The position numbers were made by a program, and so were the translations under genes. Positions 9,199-18,910 of a stretch of DNA of 64,000 bases are shown one piece after another. Position 1 is the first letter of the stretch, and every line of letters begins with the position of its first letter. Under the pieces are notes generated by a model, which ran no database searches, had not been told where the DNA came from, and saw nothing but the letters and a program-made list of their open reading frames with translations. The DNA is from an uncultured Eggerthellaceae bacterium (lineage in GTDB: Bacteria; Actinomycetota; Coriobacteriia; Coriobacteriales; Eggerthellaceae), in contig CAKUFS010000010.1 of the NCBI GenBank assembly GCA_934648845.1, positions 327 through 64,326 on the forward strand. The letters are read 5' to 3'.

Positions 9199-10011
9199 AT
9201 GTTCAAGCTAGCCCTTGCCCAAATGGCGCACCCCGCGCACGGCAACGTTATTGCCGCCGCACGCGCCTGGGCACAAAAAGCAGCAAATGCCGGGGCGAAA
9301 CTCCTGGTATTTCCAGAATGCCTGATGACGCCGTTCGAGAAAACGCCCGAAGAATTTGCCGCATCGGCGCAACCCCTTACGGGCGACTTCGTGCAGCAGA
9401 TGTGCGCCATCGCGCGCGAAACGGGCCTGTGGATTGTTTTCACCATGAACGAGAAAAGCCCCGCTGGCGGACAGCCGTTCAATACCGCTGTGGTGACGGA
9501 CAGCAGCGGAAACGTGCGCGGTCATTACCGCAAAACGCACCTCTATGCCGCTCATGGCATTGACGAGCACGAGAAAATGGGCGAAGGATCAGCGCTCTTC
9601 GAACCCGTTGAAACACCATTTTGCACGCTGGGCCTGGGAATTTGCTACGACTTGCGCTTTCCGGAAGTCGCTCGCGACGCTGCACTTGCCAGTTGCAACG
9701 TAATGGTGTTTCCCGCTGCCTGGGTGGCTGGACCGCATAAAATACGCCACTGGGAAACGCTTCTTGCCGCGCGCGCCCTTGAAAACGAGCTGTTCGTGGC
9801 AGGCTGCTGCCGCCCCGATCGCTTATGCATTGGCCACTCGCAGATAGTTGACCCTTTAGGAGAAGTGGTGGCGCGTGCCGGCGAAGCCGAACAACTGCTC
9901 ATCGCGGATATCGACCTTCCCCAAGTGAAAAGCGCGCGCGATGCCATGCCGTGCCTTCAGCATCGTCGCCCCGAACTCTACGGATCGCTTACGCAGCAGG
10001 TTAAAAAGTGA
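9199..10011 (+). CDS. Carbon-nitrogen hydrolase (nitrilase superfamily, omega-amidase-like)
   Basis: The Glu-Lys-Cys triad contexts are LLVFPEC, HYRKTHLY and GLGICYDLRFPE. The RBS is AAAAGGAGCA. Confidence 0.85.
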   Translation: MFKLALAQMAHPAHGNVIAAARAWAQKAANAGAKLLVFPECLMTPFEKTPEEFAASAQPLTGDFVQQMCAIARETGLWIVFTMNEKSPAGGQPFNTAVVTDSSGNVRGHYRKTHLYAAHGIDEHEKMGEGSALFEPVETPFCTLGLGICYDLRFPEVARDAALASCNVMVFPAAWVAGPHKIRHWETLLAARALENELFVAGCCRPDRLCIGHSQIVDPLGEVVARAGEAEQLLIADIDLPQVKSARDAMPCLQHRRPELYGSLTQQVKK

Positions 10012-10113
10012 CGGGGTCTTTTTCACCTCGGCGAATAATCGGAGCAGGACCTTTTTCACCTTTCTCGCAGCAACAAGCAATCAAGAAACCGGAAAGTACG
10101 TAGGAATAGAACA

Positions 10114-11154
10114 ATGAACAGCGAAAACACAGCGCCGAATATCAAAACGACCACTGAAGCGCCCACCCCTGAGGCAGCCCAAACCGCAGAGCGCGCTGAC
10201 GCCGATAAGACACCTGTCGCCAACGAAGAGGTAATGAGCCGACTGCCCGCATTCTTGGAACCCGAGCTTCGCGCAACATACGGCGACGATGCCGATTGCA
10301 TCTTGAACGGCTATGCTCAAACGCGCCCCACCACGTTGCGCGCAAACACGTTGCGAGCAACAAAAGACCAAGTTGCAGCCCAGCTTTCCGCCGAAGGCTT
10401 CTCTTATCAGGGCGTTGATTGGTATCGCGACGCGTTCATTTTGGATGAAAACCCCAACGCAAACTTGTGGGACAGCGCGCTCATCAAAGAAGGGCTTGTC
10501 TACGTGCAAAGCCTTTCGTCCATGCTGCCGCCGCTGTTCATGCGCCTGAGCGCGGGTATCGAAGTGCTTGACATGTGCGCGGCGCCGGGCGGAAAGACCA
10601 CACAGCTTGCCGCGCTTTTGCAGGGCTCGGCGCATATTGCGACCTGTGAGCAAAATACCGTGCGCGCCGACAAATTGGAGTTCAACCTGCGCAAACAAGG
10701 CGCAGAAAACGTTGCTATCATGCGCCAGGACGCGCGCCGCCTTGACAGCTTCTTCTCGTTCGATCGCATACTTTTGGACGCACCGTGTTCGGGGTCGGGC
10801 ACGCTGAACATTCACGACCCCAAGTTGGGAAAACGATTCTCCGAAGCGCTCGTGAAGGACTCTTGCAAAAAGCAAGCAGCACTGTTGGCAAAAGCGCTTG
10901 AAATCGTAAAGCCAGGCGGCGTGGTGCTGTACTCCACGTGCTCGGTGCTCAAGCGCGAAAATGAAGACATTGTTTCCGCCGCGCTGAAGAAAGCGGCGAA
11001 GAAGGGGCGCTACATTATTGACGCGCTGGATGCGGAAACGCTTGCACAGCAAGGCGTGCCGCTGCTGCCTTCGACCATTGAAGGCGCTGTGACCGTTTGC
11101 CCCACCGAGCTGTACGAGGGCTTCTTCATGTGCCGCATCGCCCGCATGGCGTAG
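10114..11154 (+). CDS. RsmB/RsmF (NOL1/NOP2/Sun) family RNA cytosine-C5 methyltransferase
   Basis: Motifs LDMCAAPGGKTT, ILLDAPCSGSGT and VLYSTCSV are present. The first ~40 residues are low-complexity, so the true start could be Met41 (10234). Confidence 0.82.
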   Translation: MNSENTAPNIKTTTEAPTPEAAQTAERADADKTPVANEEVMSRLPAFLEPELRATYGDDADCILNGYAQTRPTTLRANTLRATKDQVAAQLSAEGFSYQGVDWYRDAFILDENPNANLWDSALIKEGLVYVQSLSSMLPPLFMRLSAGIEVLDMCAAPGGKTTQLAALLQGSAHIATCEQNTVRADKLEFNLRKQGAENVAIMRQDARRLDSFFSFDRILLDAPCSGSGTLNIHDPKLGKRFSEALVKDSCKKQAALLAKALEIVKPGGVVLYSTCSVLKRENEDIVSAALKKAAKKGRYIIDALDAETLAQQGVPLLPSTIEGAVTVCPTELYEGFFMCRIARMA

Positions 11155-11324
11155 GCGTCCCCGCAGCGCGCCCTCGGACGCGTCGGACGCAACGGGCGGG
11201 ACGGAGCAGCCACGGCAGGCACAATCGCCGCGCTGCACCTGCGCGTCGCAACCATCTGCGCGTCGCAACCAGGCGTAGCATCGCAGACGCCACGCAGCAC
11301 TAAAACCGCGCAACCGCCACACCC

Positions 11325-12032
11325 CTACGCCAGCGCCGCCAGCTCTTCTTCCGTAAGACGACGGCTCTCGCCTTCCGCAAGCGCAGGGTCAAGCACCAGG
11401 GCGCCCATGGAGACACGCTTGAGGTACACAACTTTGTTCCCGCGTGCCTCAAACATACGTTTCACCTGATGATAACGTCCCTCATGGAGCGTAACCAGAA
11501 CTTCGTTTGCATGCTCTTCACAAGGAATCTCCAACTGAGCTGGCAATGTAGGCTTATCGTCACCAATATCAAGGCCATTTGCAAATGCCTGAACATCCTC
11601 TGCCGATGCATCGTGATCAAGGCGCGCAAAATACACTTTATCCACGTGCTTTCCCGGTGCTAAAAGCCTATGCGCCAGCTGGCCATCGTTCGTGATAAGA
11701 AGCAGACCCACCGTGTCTTTGTCCAAGCGCCCCACAGGGAATAAATCCTTGCGTGCGCGGCCTTCCACCAGCTCAACAACGGTTTCCGAACCATCATCGC
11801 GCGTTGCAGACACCGCGCCCGCCGGCTTGTTCAGCATCCAATACTCAAACGGCGCGTAGATAATGGGCTCGTGATTGCGCTCCACAACGTCGGTTTCTGT
11901 GTCCACCTTGATGTCAGCCTTGCGCACGCGCCAACCGTTCACGTAAATCTGACCGTTGCGAACGAGTTCCTTCACTTCCGTGCGCGAACCCAGCCCCATG
12001 TCCGCTAAATATTTGTCCAGACGAAGCTTCAT
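11325..12032 (-). CDS. Pseudouridine synthase, RsuA/RluB family (S4 domain plus catalytic domain)
   Basis: The S4 N-terminus is MKLRLDKYLADMGLGSRTEVKELVRNGQIYVNG. The catalytic Asp motif is VGRLDKDTVGLLLITNDG. Confidence 0.88.
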   Translation of the reverse strand: MKLRLDKYLADMGLGSRTEVKELVRNGQIYVNGWRVRKADIKVDTETDVVERNHEPIIYAPFEYWMLNKPAGAVSATRDDGSETVVELVEGRARKDLFPVGRLDKDTVGLLLITNDGQLAHRLLAPGKHVDKVYFARLDHDASAEDVQAFANGLDIGDDKPTLPAQLEIPCEEHANEVLVTLHEGRYHQVKRMFEARGNKVVYLKRVSMGALVLDPALAEGESRRLTEEELAALA

Positions 12033-12197
12033 ACGCCATCCTTTATTCCTAGATATTTGCTGGTATTTCGCTAATTACCGTGCAATGCGCTCTCAATTTC
12101 GTAGGTATGTTACCATTCATCAGCGAAAAACTGTACAGAAATGCGGCGCGCCCGGCAATTGCGCGTCCCACGAAACAGCCCGGAAAGGGAACCCCCC

Positions 12198-13157
12198 ATG
12201 GAAAAAGAACTCTTGATTTTGGTACCGTTCAAAGAACACCATATGGAACAGATTCGCGCAGCGGCAGGCGATCAACTGGTCGTGCGCCATTTTCCCCAGG
12301 GGCTTTCGGGTGCAGAAGCAACCGAAGCGCTTGCCACCGCCACCGTCGTTGTTGGAGAGCCCGAAGCAGAAGACATTGCCGCAAGCAACACTGTGCAATG
12401 GGTGCAAATGACCTGGGCCGGAACCGATAAATACACGCGCAGCGGCAAACCGTTCCCCGCCAGCGTGCAGCTGACGAACGCCGTGGGAAGCTACGGGCAC
12501 ACTATCTCGCAATACGCGCTGGGCCAGGCGCTTTCCATTTGCCAGAACCTGGGGCGTTACGCGAAGCATCAGGCAAGCGAGCAGTGGCATGACTTGGGGG
12601 GAATCGAAACGCTCGAAGACGCAACCGTACTTATCTTTGGCGCGGGAGACATTGGAAGCCATTGCGCAAAACGCTTTGCGGGCTTCGATGCGCACATTAT
12701 TGGCGTATGCCGTTCAACTGAGGCAAAGCGCCCGTACTTCGACGAACTCTGCACGCTTGAGCAGGCAGAACAGTTCATCCCCCAAGCCGATGTCATTATC
12801 GGCGCCATTCCCAACAACGATGCCACCGCTGGCTATTTCGACGCGCGCCGCTTAGCACTGTGCAAGCCAAGCGCTGCGTTGGTGAACGTAGGGCGCGGCA
12901 ATTTCATCGATTGCCTGGCGCTTGATGCCGCCCTTTCCGCAGGTCAACTGCGCGGTGCAGCACTTGACGTTACCGATCCCGAACCGCTTCCGGAAAAACA
13001 CCCCTTGTGGCAACAAGAGCGCTGCCTGATAACGCCGCACTGCTCGGGCGGTGCTTTCGGACGCCTGCCAGAGACTGAGCAGCATATCTGCGACTTGACC
13101 TGCGAGAATATTCGCCGATTCATTGCCGGTCAACCGCTCAAAAACCGCGTGTTTTAA
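12198..13157 (+). CDS. D-isomer-specific 2-hydroxyacid dehydrogenase family protein
   Basis: NAD motif GAGDIGSHCAKRFAGF, plus VNVGRGNFID, DVTDPEPLP and TPHCSG. The start is set at ATG 12198 (MEKELLILVPF) after GGAAAGGGAACCCCCC. Confidence 0.85.
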   Translation: MEKELLILVPFKEHHMEQIRAAAGDQLVVRHFPQGLSGAEATEALATATVVVGEPEAEDIAASNTVQWVQMTWAGTDKYTRSGKPFPASVQLTNAVGSYGHTISQYALGQALSICQNLGRYAKHQASEQWHDLGGIETLEDATVLIFGAGDIGSHCAKRFAGFDAHIIGVCRSTEAKRPYFDELCTLEQAEQFIPQADVIIGAIPNNDATAGYFDARRLALCKPSAALVNVGRGNFIDCLALDAALSAGQLRGAALDVTDPEPLPEKHPLWQQERCLITPHCSGGAFGRLPETEQHICDLTCENIRRFIAGQPLKNRVF

Positions 13158-13399
13158 GCCGCGCAAGAACGAGGGGTCGCAGCGAAAAACGAACTTTGCC
13201 GACTGGTGCACCGCGCGGCACGTCATTGTAGTCCGCCTCTGCCCCTTGCGACCCCTCGTCTTCCCGACCCTCGACCCTTGCCCCCCCTGCACCTGCTCCT
13301 TCGCCTCATCCCTTTAGCCGCCCCCTTCGACTTGACCCTTTCAACCTTTCCCCTAATCCCTTCGCTCACGGCTCCCTTGCCACTCCTCTCCAGCAGCCG

Positions 13400-13521
13400 T
13401 GATAAAAATGGGGTACTTTTCTGTGGGTTTGCCAAGGCTTACTTTTTCGCGACCTGGGGAAACGCTGATTTTTCACGCACACGAAGACGAAAATCCACAG
13501 AAAAGTGGGTCGTTTTTATCA
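13400..13521 (+). mobile_element. MITE-like repeat family A, copy 1 (122 bp)
   Basis: TGATAAAAATGGGGTACTTTTCTGTGGGTTT ... AAATCCACAGAAAAGTGGGTCGTTTTTATCA are imperfect ~31-nt terminal inverted repeats. The same element recurs at 17308, 18911 and 39919. Confidence 0.75.
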
Positions 13522-13635
13522 TGGGGAAGGAAATGGACGAAACGATCCGAAAGCCGTGCAACGCAAAAGGGCGAGAAGCACAACGGCTTCCCGCCCTTCG
13601 CATTCACGCGACCCGCTTATCTCAAGTGCGCGTTC

Positions 13636-14748
13636 CTATTTCGCAACCGCCTTCGCCGTGAGCTGGTCATACTCGGCGTCGGTGAGCTTGTAGTTGTAGA
13701 ATGTCTCGTAGTAACTCGTTACCGCGGTCTTCATATCGGTCGAGAATGCCTGCGGATAGCACAAGCGCGGGAACCACTGCAGGCCCATGATCTGGTTCAC
13801 CGTGGGCGGGTTGTTCAGCCAAATGTAGGGGTCGCTGGGAACCTGATAGTAATTGTTGTTCGCAATGGCGGAAATCTGAGCCCACGTCTCATCAGCGGCA
13901 ACGGTGTCATAAATGCTCGTGGGGCCGAAGATGATCATGTCGGGATTCCACACGGAAATCTGCTCAAGGCTGATCTCGTTACCCAAGCCCGAGCCCGAAG
14001 CTTTCTCGACTTCAACCACATTCGTGGCGCACATATCCAAAATCGTGCCCTGATACGAACCCTTCGCAATGGCGGCAAGGCCGGACTCGCCCACCAGATA
14101 AGCCACGCGCACGCGCTGATCTTCGGGGATGGTACTCATGGCCTGCTCAACCTCTTGGTACGCGTTTGCACAGTAATCGCCCAGCTGCTTGCCGCGCTCC
14201 GGCATGTTCAGCAGATCGCCCAGCATGGCATACGCCTCATCATACGTGGCAAGCGTAGCCTCGATATGCACGCACGGAATGTTCAGCTGCTGCTGCAGGT
14301 TGTCCAAATCTTCCGCCATGCCCTTCTTGGCCTCGCCCCAGTCAATGAGCAGTTGCGCACCCGTTGCAGCCACGGCTTCCTTATTCAAGTCGCCCTTGTT
14401 GCCAAAGATAGCACCCAAAACGGGAAGGTTCTGATACTGCGAGCCAATGTATTTTGCCTGTTCATCGGTAAGTTCTTGCGAAATGCCCACCATCAAGTCG
14501 GGTGCAAACGTCAAAAGCACCTGGTTTGCAGTATGCCCCGAAGGAACCACTTTCGTGATGTTAGCGGGAATTTCAACTTGCCTGCCCAGCGAGTCGGTGA
14601 AGGTACGCGTTTCCGTGCTTGCCGATGCAGAAGCCGAAGTCGCATCCTTCGAGCTTGCTGCCGAGCTGCTGCAGCCCGCCGCAAGGCACCCCGCTCCCAG
14701 CGCAAGCGCCACCGCAAGGACGCATGCCAAAACCTTTGTTTTCTTCAT
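13636..14748 (-). CDS. ABC transporter substrate-binding lipoprotein (BtuF/FhuD/FecB class, siderophore or corrinoid type)
   Basis: The start is set at ATG 14748 (MKKTKVLACVLAVALALGAGCLAAGCSSS, signal plus lipobox) after AAGGAGAAAGGA. It sits with FecCD permease and ATPase genes. Confidence 0.85.
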   Translation of the reverse strand: MKKTKVLACVLAVALALGAGCLAAGCSSSAASSKDATSASASASTETRTFTDSLGRQVEIPANITKVVPSGHTANQVLLTFAPDLMVGISQELTDEQAKYIGSQYQNLPVLGAIFGNKGDLNKEAVAATGAQLLIDWGEAKKGMAEDLDNLQQQLNIPCVHIEATLATYDEAYAMLGDLLNMPERGKQLGDYCANAYQEVEQAMSTIPEDQRVRVAYLVGESGLAAIAKGSYQGTILDMCATNVVEVEKASGSGLGNEISLEQISVWNPDMIIFGPTSIYDTVAADETWAQISAIANNNYYQVPSDPYIWLNNPPTVNQIMGLQWFPRLCYPQAFSTDMKTAVTSYYETFYNYKLTDAEYDQLTAKAVAK

Positions 14749-14982
14749 TCCTTTCTCCTTTCGTACAACAGAGCACCTTGGCTCATATACCCCATACCGC
14801 CGTTCAGACGCTATGCCAGCCATCAACGGCCGCTTCCGCACGGCAAGCGCCCGAACAACACCTGGTGTGCCATCGACGCATCACGCGCCGCTTGCAGTAC
14901 CCTACCTAACACCGGCGCGCCGTGATTCGCAACTTCCAGCCTCAACCCGCGTGGCCACGCTACCCGCGCAGCCCGCAAGGCC

Positions 14983-15765
14983 CTAGCCGCCAATCTCGCT
15001 TACCGGCACGCACACACGCACGCGATCGTCGTACAGCGAGTTGACCTCAACATCCACGCCGTAAATGTCGCTCACCAGCTCCTTTGTAATCACGTCTTTC
15101 GGGTCGCCGAACGCCTTCAAGTGACCCCGCTCAAGCACTAACGTCTTATCGGCATACAAAAACGCCTGGTCAGGCTGATGCGTTGACTGCACAATGCTCA
15201 TGCCTTCGCGCGCAAGCTGCCGCACGCACGAAAGAACGCGCACCGTGTTGCCGTAATCCAGCGCGCTGGTCGGCTCATCCATGATGATGGTATGGGCGTC
15301 CTGCGCAATGGCGCGCGCGATAAGCACAAGCTGCTGTTCGCCACCGGAGATCTGCGTGTACGTGCGCCCCGCCAAGTGGCCAATGCCCACACGCTCCAGC
15401 GCCGCATACGCGCGCTCCACATGCTTCTTGCGCGGAGAACCGACAATTCCCAGGTCGTGGCCCGTGCTCATGATGACCACGTCAAGCACGCTGTAGTCAT
15501 ACACCGGCGCGTGAGACTGCGGAATGTAGGCAATTTCCTGTGCGCGCTGACGGATGTTCAGCTTGCTCAGGTCCTTCCCATTCACTAAAATGCGGCCCGT
15601 ATATCCGCTGTTCAGCCCCAGAATGCACTTGAAAAGCGTGGATTTTCCCACGCCGTTGGGACCCAGCACGTTCACAAGCGTGGCATCGGGAATCTCCAGA
15701 TTCAGGTCAAACAGCACCGGATGGTTGCCGTACGAAAAGTTCAGTCGTTCAATCGTAATGCTCAT
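14983..15765 (-). CDS. ABC transporter ATP-binding protein (FepC/BtuD-like)
   Basis: Walker A GPNGVGKSTL, signature ISGGEQQ and Walker B IIMDEPTSALD are present. It abuts the permease stop. Confidence 0.9.
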   Translation of the reverse strand: MSITIERLNFSYGNHPVLFDLNLEIPDATLVNVLGPNGVGKSTLFKCILGLNSGYTGRILVNGKDLSKLNIRQRAQEIAYIPQSHAPVYDYSVLDVVIMSTGHDLGIVGSPRKKHVERAYAALERVGIGHLAGRTYTQISGGEQQLVLIARAIAQDAHTIIMDEPTSALDYGNTVRVLSCVRQLAREGMSIVQSTHQPDQAFLYADKTLVLERGHLKAFGDPKDVITKELVSDIYGVDVEVNSLYDDRVRVCVPVSEIGG

Positions 15766-16779
15766 TTAGATCTTCTTCTTTCGCGTGATCAGGTACAAGA
15801 AGAAGGGGGCGCCAATGAACGCCGTCAGGATGCCAATGGGGATTTCCGCCGTGGTCAACAGGCGCGAAACGTCATCGACGATAAGCAGGAAACCCGCGCC
15901 CATAAGCATGCTCGTTGGCATAAGCTTGCGATAATCGCAGCCCACCACCATACGGCACAAATGCGGAATGACCAGACCAACCCAGCCAATCATACCTGTC
16001 ACGGCAACGCTTGCAGCAGTGACCAGCGTGGCGGCAAGCGTGACCACCAAACGGATACGGCGCGCGTTCACGCCCATGGTGGCCGCTTCGTCGTCACCCA
16101 TGGTCAAGATGTTGATACGCCAGCGCATGACAAAAAGCACCACCAAGCCCACCGCCATGAACGGCAGCGCCATAAGAACATCCTTCATCTGGATGCTGGT
16201 CAGGCTTCCCATGAGCCAATACGTAATGGCAGGAAGCTGATCGGCAGGGTCGGCAACCAGCTTGGCAAACGACACACCCGCCGAGAACAGCGAGCTTACC
16301 ATAACGCCCGCCAGCACCGTCACCAGAATGCGGTTGCCCTTCGCGCGATTGCTTATCATCAAAACAAGCAGCACCGTAAACATAGAGAAGGCAAAGGCGA
16401 AAGCCGAAATGCCGAAACTCCCCATGCCTGCAAGAATGGCAATGGCGGCACCAAGCGCGGCACCTTGCGACGCACCCAGAATGTCGGGCGATGCAAGCGG
16501 ATTTTGGAAGACGCCCTGAAATGCAGCGCCCGCCGCAGCAAGGCAGCAACCCACAAGCAGTGCCATGATGATACGCGGCATGCGCACGTTGAAGAAAAGC
16601 GCTTCAGCTTGCGCGGTCCAAGTGGGCTCGACGGCATTCGCATTCGTAAAAAACTGCGTAACACGATTTGCCATCATGGAAAATGCCTGGTCAACCTCGA
16701 TAGGAAAACGACCAAGCATAAGCGAACAGATGAAAGCCACCAGGATGAATACCACCAAGAGAACAGTCACGAGACGCAT
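15766..16779 (-). CDS. FecCD-family ABC permease (start uncertain)
   Basis: The hydrophobic core from MRLVTVLLVVFILVAFICSLMLG onwards is typical of FecCD/BtuC (~337 aa). The track ORF extends to 17145, but those 122 extra residues are unlike the family and may be a leader RNA. See the finding for 16780-17145. Confidence 0.8.
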   Translation of the reverse strand: MRLVTVLLVVFILVAFICSLMLGRFPIEVDQAFSMMANRVTQFFTNANAVEPTWTAQAEALFFNVRMPRIIMALLVGCCLAAAGAAFQGVFQNPLASPDILGASQGAALGAAIAILAGMGSFGISAFAFAFSMFTVLLVLMISNRAKGNRILVTVLAGVMVSSLFSAGVSFAKLVADPADQLPAITYWLMGSLTSIQMKDVLMALPFMAVGLVVLFVMRWRINILTMGDDEAATMGVNARRIRLVVTLAATLVTAASVAVTGMIGWVGLVIPHLCRMVVGCDYRKLMPTSMLMGAGFLLIVDDVSRLLTTAEIPIGILTAFIGAPFFLYLITRKKKI

Positions 16780-17307
16780 ACGTGCGTTACCGGCACGCAC
16801 GACTTTTTCTGCAGGCGAAAGGTATTCCGCCGCATGCGCAATCTCGCTTTCGGTGGGTATATCAGACTCAGATGCGCTGACCGCCGACCGCGCCGCACCT
16901 AAGCTTTCGCCCCCCCCTGCCCGCACTTCGGTCGTGCAGAGTGATTGGGCAGCTGGCGCCGGTTGAGTGATGCATTCTACCGGTACGGAGCATTTCACCT
17001 GACTGGCATATTCTTCCAACTCAGAACATCTACCCTGTTCAGAGCCGCTTTTTTGAACCATTTTCGGAAACTTCTCCCTCAAGGAAATCTCCTGTCTCTT
17101 TTCCTTTGGTTCGATTATTCTATAGCGTGAATATTTTATTGTCAATATGATATTAATCTGACATATTCATAATTGAGTATAATTCAATGCATCAACGTTG
17201 CTCCCAACCGACCCCTTCCCCCGCGTTTCACCACTCCACTTTTGCGCCTTGTTTTCCCTGCCCCCGTCCCCTTGGTCCCGTCCCTGCACATCGGATCCCC
17301 CACCCCA

Positions 17308-17429
17308 TGATAAAAATGGGGTACTTTTCTGTGGGTTTGCTACAGCTTATTTTTTCACGACCTGGGGAAACGTTGAAGGATCAGAAAAACAAAGGCAAAA
17401 ATCCACAGAAAAGTGGGTCGTTTTTATCA
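17308..17429 (+). mobile_element. MITE-like repeat family A, copy 2 (122 bp)
   Basis: It has the same ends and core as 13400-13521. Here the flanks make CATGATAAAAA ... TTTTTATCATG. Confidence 0.75.
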
Positions 17430-17550
17430 TGAGACACGCAACCTTGCAGCATTGCGCGTAAAACCGCCAAGGAGCGTGGGCTGTATTTTTTTGCCCGGCA
17501 GGGGTGTTGATCAACACTTAAACACGTTAAAAGCTGCTACCATCGCATAC

Positions 17551-18513
17551 ATGGATAACGTTTACTTGGGATACGACACCGCATGGTGGTATTGGAGCAA
17601 CGCGAAAAACGCGCCGAAAACGCTGGCGACAGCAGGAAGGAGCGATCGCTTGACAGATTGCGCCGTGAACCAGCGTGCTGTGCTTGATGCAGTGGGCGGT
17701 AGCGCTGTTCTTGCTAACCGGCACCTTTCTGTTCTTGTGGATAAGAAATCGATTACCAGCACAAAAAGAGTTGCTTTTCATCATAGTCCAACGCTGTTTC
17801 CCGATGGCTCATTTATCCAGCTTGCTCCCAGCATCTGCATCGCTTCACCCGAATTGAGCTTTCTGCAGTGCGCGGCAAATAAATCCCTGGTGAACACCAT
17901 GGAATACGGATTTCAACTTTGCGGCACCTTTGTCCCCGATGCCGCATCGAAGCACGGCGTGGCATCGCGGCCTTCCCTTACCAGCGCGGATAAACTGTCA
18001 GCGTTTCTTGATGAATGCAATGGGATGCGTGGCGTTTCGACTGCTCGCAAAGCGCTTATTTATGTGCTCAACGGAAGCGCTTCGCCGCGTGAAACCGCCG
18101 TATCGCTTCTGCTGACCCTTCCGTTGCGTATGGGAGGTTACGCCCTGCCATCGTTTGCCATCAATCATGAGCTGGCCGTCCCAAAAGAGCTGCAGGGGCT
18201 CACTCGTCGCAGGTCGCTGCGTGCTGATTTTTTCTGGAAAAACGCCTGCGTAGCGGCGGAGTACGATAGCGACATTGCACATCTGGGATCAGAGGAGCTT
18301 TGCAACGATGCAACGAAACGCATTGCCCTTCATCGGATGGGGTACACAACATTTGCTTTTACGCGTGTGCAAGTTGACAGCCTGATCCTTATGGACGAAA
18401 GCGTGGCGGCTCTTCGCCGCGAACTCGGAATCCGCATGCCTCAGCGCCTTCCCGTCGATTATCGAGCAAAACAAGCTGAACTGCGAAAACAACTAGGACT
18501 ACCATTCTTCTAG
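17551..18513 (+). CDS. DUF559 / Vsr-like endonuclease-fold domain protein, paralogue 1
   Basis: The C-terminus ADFFWKNACVAAEYDSDIAH...RIALHRMGYTTFAFT matches the D..vEyDG..H...D..R...L...G pattern of DUF559. It shares ASPELxFL, ELCGT/QLCGTF and LNGSASxRE blocks with 29493-30566. The start is moved to ATG 17551, because the first 46 codons of the track ORF lie in repeat A2. Confidence 0.7.
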   Translation: MDNVYLGYDTAWWYWSNAKNAPKTLATAGRSDRLTDCAVNQRAVLDAVGGSAVLANRHLSVLVDKKSITSTKRVAFHHSPTLFPDGSFIQLAPSICIASPELSFLQCAANKSLVNTMEYGFQLCGTFVPDAASKHGVASRPSLTSADKLSAFLDECNGMRGVSTARKALIYVLNGSASPRETAVSLLLTLPLRMGGYALPSFAINHELAVPKELQGLTRRRSLRADFFWKNACVAAEYDSDIAHLGSEELCNDATKRIALHRMGYTTFAFTRVQVDSLILMDESVAALRRELGIRMPQRLPVDYRAKQAELRKQLGLPFF

Positions 18514-18910
18514 CGACCATTCCGCCTGCTTGGTCGAGCCAGAGCGCGTCAACAGAGATATCACGGCAAATTACCATGAGCGTTGGTGCGCACCCTTCAG
18601 ATAATCGAAAACACCGTCGCAGCGACTGCACGTCATCGATGCTCGTTGAACGACCCATGCCCCATCCCCCACGATGAACGTTCGACGGAGCATGCGCCCC
18701 ATGCCTTCTCCGTCATCCGCATTTCCCCAGTTCGAGCTTCATTCTTCCTTCAAACCGTTCGCGCACAATCAGACTCCTTGACTTTCCACCTTCGTGCCCG
18801 AACCCTCCCTGCCACCTTTCCGTGGGCCTGTTCTGACATTCTTCGCCTTGACCTTCCGTCTTCACGTCCCGCGCCTTCTCCGCCACCAGGTGTCTTCGCG
18901 CCGCGCGTCG

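Noticed and set aside
8264-9482. Several overlapping 150-300-aa ORFs on both strands in the trmB to C-N-hydrolase spacer.
   Set aside because: They are mutually exclusive, Arg/Ala-rich and lack RBS or motifs. Only the 47-aa TM ORF with a strong SD (8856-8999) was kept, at low confidence.
13206-13661. Pro/Leu/Ser-rich ORFs starting in the pyrimidine-rich tracts and running through family-A repeats (13206-13661, 17187-17461, 18583-19251). The recurrent MIKMGYFSVGL and MGRFYH peptides belong to the same group.
   Set aside because: The peptides recur only because the DNA repeat recurs. The frames differ between copies, there is no RBS, and the composition is dictated by C/T-rich DNA.
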